Part shown: positions 60,486-64,000 of the stretch, one piece after another
Layout: each line of letters opens with the position of its first letter
Position numbering within the stretch: the first letter of the stretch is position 1
Assembly (NCBI RefSeq): GCF_004010195.1
Contig: NC_057713.1
Span: 81,073,164 to 81,137,163 of the forward strand
Reading direction: 5' to 3'
Source of the DNA: Chiloscyllium plagiosum
Taxonomy: Eukaryota
Length of the DNA: 64,000 bases
The notes under the pieces: model-generated
Seen by the model: only the letters and a program-made list of their open reading frames with translations
Told to the model about the DNA's origin: nothing
Databases searched by the model: none
Made by a program: the position numbers and the translations under genes

Positions 60486-63400
60486 GCTCCCCCCTTAAAA
60501 AAATGAACCATTAATACCAAAAGATGGCTTTATTTTTAAAACCTATCAAAATCCCAGTTATTCGCCTAAACACATATATACACTATACTAACTATAAACA
60601 TGCAAGCATGCATAACCATATGCAAATTCAGGCCATGGCATACCCGCCACTGAACACCTCCGTATCTCATTTGTGTCTCAATAATGCATCGGCGATCACA
60701 TTTTCACGACCTGCCACATGCAATAACAAGCTAAACAGTCTGGCTTTTTGTTCTTAAGTTTTTCCAGAAATGTCAATGGGTTAGGATTAATGTATATGAT
60801 TGTCTCAGATGCAATACTGGTAATATAAACATTGAAATGTTGCAACGCCAACACCAAGCTTAAAGTTTCTTTCTCCTACATTGAATATTTCTGTTAATGG
60901 ACATTCAACGTTTTGGAAAAATACCCAATGGGTCTTTCTATTCCCTCGTCATCCTCCTTCAGGAGCACCGTACCGATACCCACATCACTGGCATCGATAG
61001 CCACCTTGGAAAGTTTCATGTAATCTGGTGTGGCTAATACTGGGTCACTGGTTAACATAGTTTTTAGGCTGAAAGATGTCTTTTGACAGTCTCCTGTCCA
61101 CTGAAACTTCTTGCCCTTTTTTAACAATTTGGTGAGTGGAGCAGACACACTGCTAAAGTTTGGCACAAATGTTTGGTAAAATCCACTCAACCCCAGGAAC
61201 CGTAGTACTGCTTTTTTCGTAGACAGTGTGGGAAATTCCCCAATTACTTTCATTTTTGCATCCCGTGGGGCCATTTGTCCATGTCCATTAACATGGCCAA
61301 GGAAGATGACTTGGGCTTTGGCAAATTCCTGTTTAGCTAGGTTTACCATCAAGTCTCCCTTCCAAAGTTGATCGGACAAGTCCAATAAATACTGTAAATG
61401 TTCCTTCCGTGAGTGACTAAAAATTACCAGATCATCAATTTACACCACACAGTTGGATAATCCGGCAATGACCTTATTAGTAAGACTCTGAAATGTGGCC
61501 AGAGCGTTTTTCATACCAAATGGCATGACTTAGAACTGATCCAGTCCATGTGGCGTTACGAAAGCCAAAATTGCCTTTGCTCTCTCTGACAGAAGTACTT
61601 GCCAGTAGCCTCTGAGCAGGGTCAACTTAGAAATGTAAGTTGCTTGTCCCATTTTTTTGACACAGTCGTCCAACCGTGGAATTGGATATGCATCAGTTTT
61701 TCTAACAGCGTTGACTTTGCGATAGTCCACACATAACCGTTGGCTAACATCTGGCTTTGGCACCATGACTATAGGTGAGCTCCAGTCACTGTAACTCACT
61801 TTGATTATGCCACCTTGGAGCATGCACCCTATCTCCTACTGAACCTGTGCCAACGTTAGAGGGTTATGCCTATAAGGATGTTGCTTAATTGGGACAGCAT
61901 CTCCTATCTCTACATCATGCACAATTAGGTTAGTACTTCCCAGTTTATGTCTGAATTTCTCCCCTTGTGATTGTAGTAACTCTTTCAGGTCATTTCGATT
62001 TTCTTGTGGAAGGTAACTCAATAATTTATCCTAATTTTTTGACAATTTCCTCATTGTCCAATTTGATGTGAGGAATGTCTGATTCAGAATCCTCTGAACT
62101 TGGTTCTTCCTTCTATGCTGTAATTATTAACACCTTCTCCTCTTGCTTTGCCTCCCTATCAAAATACCTTTTGAGCATATTCACATGACATGCTGTGTGA
62201 GATTTCTTCCTGTCTGGTGTCCTTATCAAGTACTTCACCTCACTCAATTTCCTCTCGATTTGATAAGGTCCACTAAACCTTGCTTTTAAAGGTTTACCTG
62301 TTACTGGAAGTAACACTAATACCTTATCCCTAATTCCAAAATTGCGAATTTGTGATTTCTTATCCGCTTCCTGTTTCATTGTATGCTGTGATACTTTTAA
62401 ATGCTGTCTAGCTAACTCTCCAGTTCTATTTAATTGTTCTCTAAAATTTGGCACGTAGTCCAACTGGGTGGTCTCTGAATTCTGACTTATTAATTTCTCC
62501 TTAATCAATTTTAACGGCCCTCTTACTTCATGCCAAACAATTAATTCAAATGGACTGAATTTGGTTGATTCATTTGGTGCATCTCTGATCGCAAAAAGTA
62601 CAATCAGAACTCCCTTATCCCAATCATCTGGATAATCCTGACTATAAGCCCTCAAGATGGTCTTTAGTATTTGATGCCATTTCTCTAGCTCTCCCTATGA
62701 TTCGGGATAGTACGCAGTAGATTTGAATTGCTTTATTCCCAAATTATCTATAACCTCCTTTTATAGTTTGGATGTGGTTGGATCCTTGATCTGGCTGGAT
62801 GTCTATTGGTAGTTCGTATCTAGTAAAAGATTTAAGTAATTCTTCTACAACCCTTTTAATTGTGATGTTGCGTAATGGAATTACCTCTGGAAATCTAGTC
62901 GATACATCCATTATTGTTAATAAATACTTATTCCTACTTTTTGTTTGAGGTCGGGGACCTACGCAATCAATGAAGACTCTTGTGAAAGGTTCCTAAAATG
63001 CTGGAATCGGTACTAAAGGTGCAGGTTTTATTACTGCCTGTGGTTTTCCAATTAGCTGACATGTATGACATATCTGGCAAGATTCAACTACATCCTTATG
63101 TAATCCAGGCCAGTAAAAATGTCTTTGTATTTTAGCCTGTGTTTTTCTTGCCCCTAAATGACCTCCAAGTGGTAGCTCATGCGTCACTTGCAGCACCTCC
63201 TTTCTATACCCTACTGGCAAAACAATTTGATGAATCTCTGCCCATTTCTCATTTACTTGAATGTGTGATGGTGTCCATTTCCTCATCAAGACATCATTTG
63301 TTTAGTAATAACACACAGGGATGTATTCACTCTCCTCTGCCTTTTGATACAACTGTTTTAAGTTCTCATCTTTCTGCTGTAAAGAGCTAAAGACACTTGT

Positions 63401-64000
63401 ATGTTTCCTATTTGTTCCTGCTCTGTCTCACTTATCTGATCAAAAAAGGTCATGGATAAAGCTATGTCAGCTTCCTTATCTTTGAACTCTCCTCCTTCAA
63501 CTTGTGCCTCTATGATCTTGTGATCACAAAATCTGGGAAAATTCCTAGAAAAACATCCTTTGTTTCTTCAGTTACCTGCATCTCTACTGGCTTTTCAACT
63601 AGAGTAGACAACACGCCTACCGGTGAATCAGCGATATCATTTGCAAGGACAAATTGTATTACTGGAGCTGAGAGTTTGTCTGATACTCTTACCACAAATC
63701 TTCCACTCTTCTCTGGACTCTCCAGCTTCACTTTACATAATTGAGCACTTTTTGTCTCACCATGAATTGCTGTTTTCAGTCCCTTTTCTGGCAATAGTCC
63801 CTCATATCTCCTCATCCTTCTAAATTACAGACTGAGAGAGTCTTGTGTCCCTTAATATTGTAACTTCTTTACATGCAACTGTTGGGCTATGTGAATAAAC
63901 TTTACCCTTGCATGTATATTTTTTAAGCAGATCTGGCACTTCCTCCTTCATCAACCTCTGATCATCTTGTACATGCTGAGGCAGTTGTCTAGCTTCCCTT
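60486..64000 (-). mobile_element. Gmr1-like Ty3/Gypsy internal region: (PR)-IN-RT-RNaseH, decayed; continues beyond the window
   Basis: Minus-strand order: protease-like (FVLANDIA, 63510-63815); IN zinc finger (HELPLGGHLG...FYWPGL..DV...CQICHTCQ, 62993-63289); IN core and C-terminus (62113-62655); RT (SDWSSPIVMVPKPD..QRLCVDYRKVN, 61530-61823); RT/RNaseH (FLGLSGFY, AIDASDVGIG, RPIGYFSK, 60894-61385). Confidence 0.93.

Overview
Eukaryotic, repeat-dominated intronic/intergenic DNA. It is almost certainly from a cartilaginous fish: HE1-type V-SINEs, a DeuSINE and shark-type CR1 and Penelope families are present, but the taxon is my inference. I found no recognisable host protein-coding gene; most ORF-track entries are decayed transposon fragments or chance ORFs. 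Contents: a tandem array of Tx1-type LINE 3' ends inserted at the TATA box of an LTR (1-2081); many CR1/L2-type LINE fragments and tRNA-derived SINEs; Harbinger transposase and Myb-like remnants; solo LTRs; and a Gmr1-type Gypsy element with integrase upstream of RT (59871-64000). The most striking signal is at least four Penelope-like element (PLE) families whose pseudo-LTRs (pLTRs) carry minimal hammerhead ribozymes. Many are inserted as short 100-250 bp fold-back units flanked by 10-17 bp target-site duplications (TSDs). In all four families one arm keeps a ~30-40 nt 3' tail and the other stops at a fixed point before it. One unit has arms from two different subfamilies. Several local template-switch events are also visible: a ~105 bp-arm hairpin and two templated insertions. 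All coordinates were read by eye, and repeat boundaries without a TSD are approximate.
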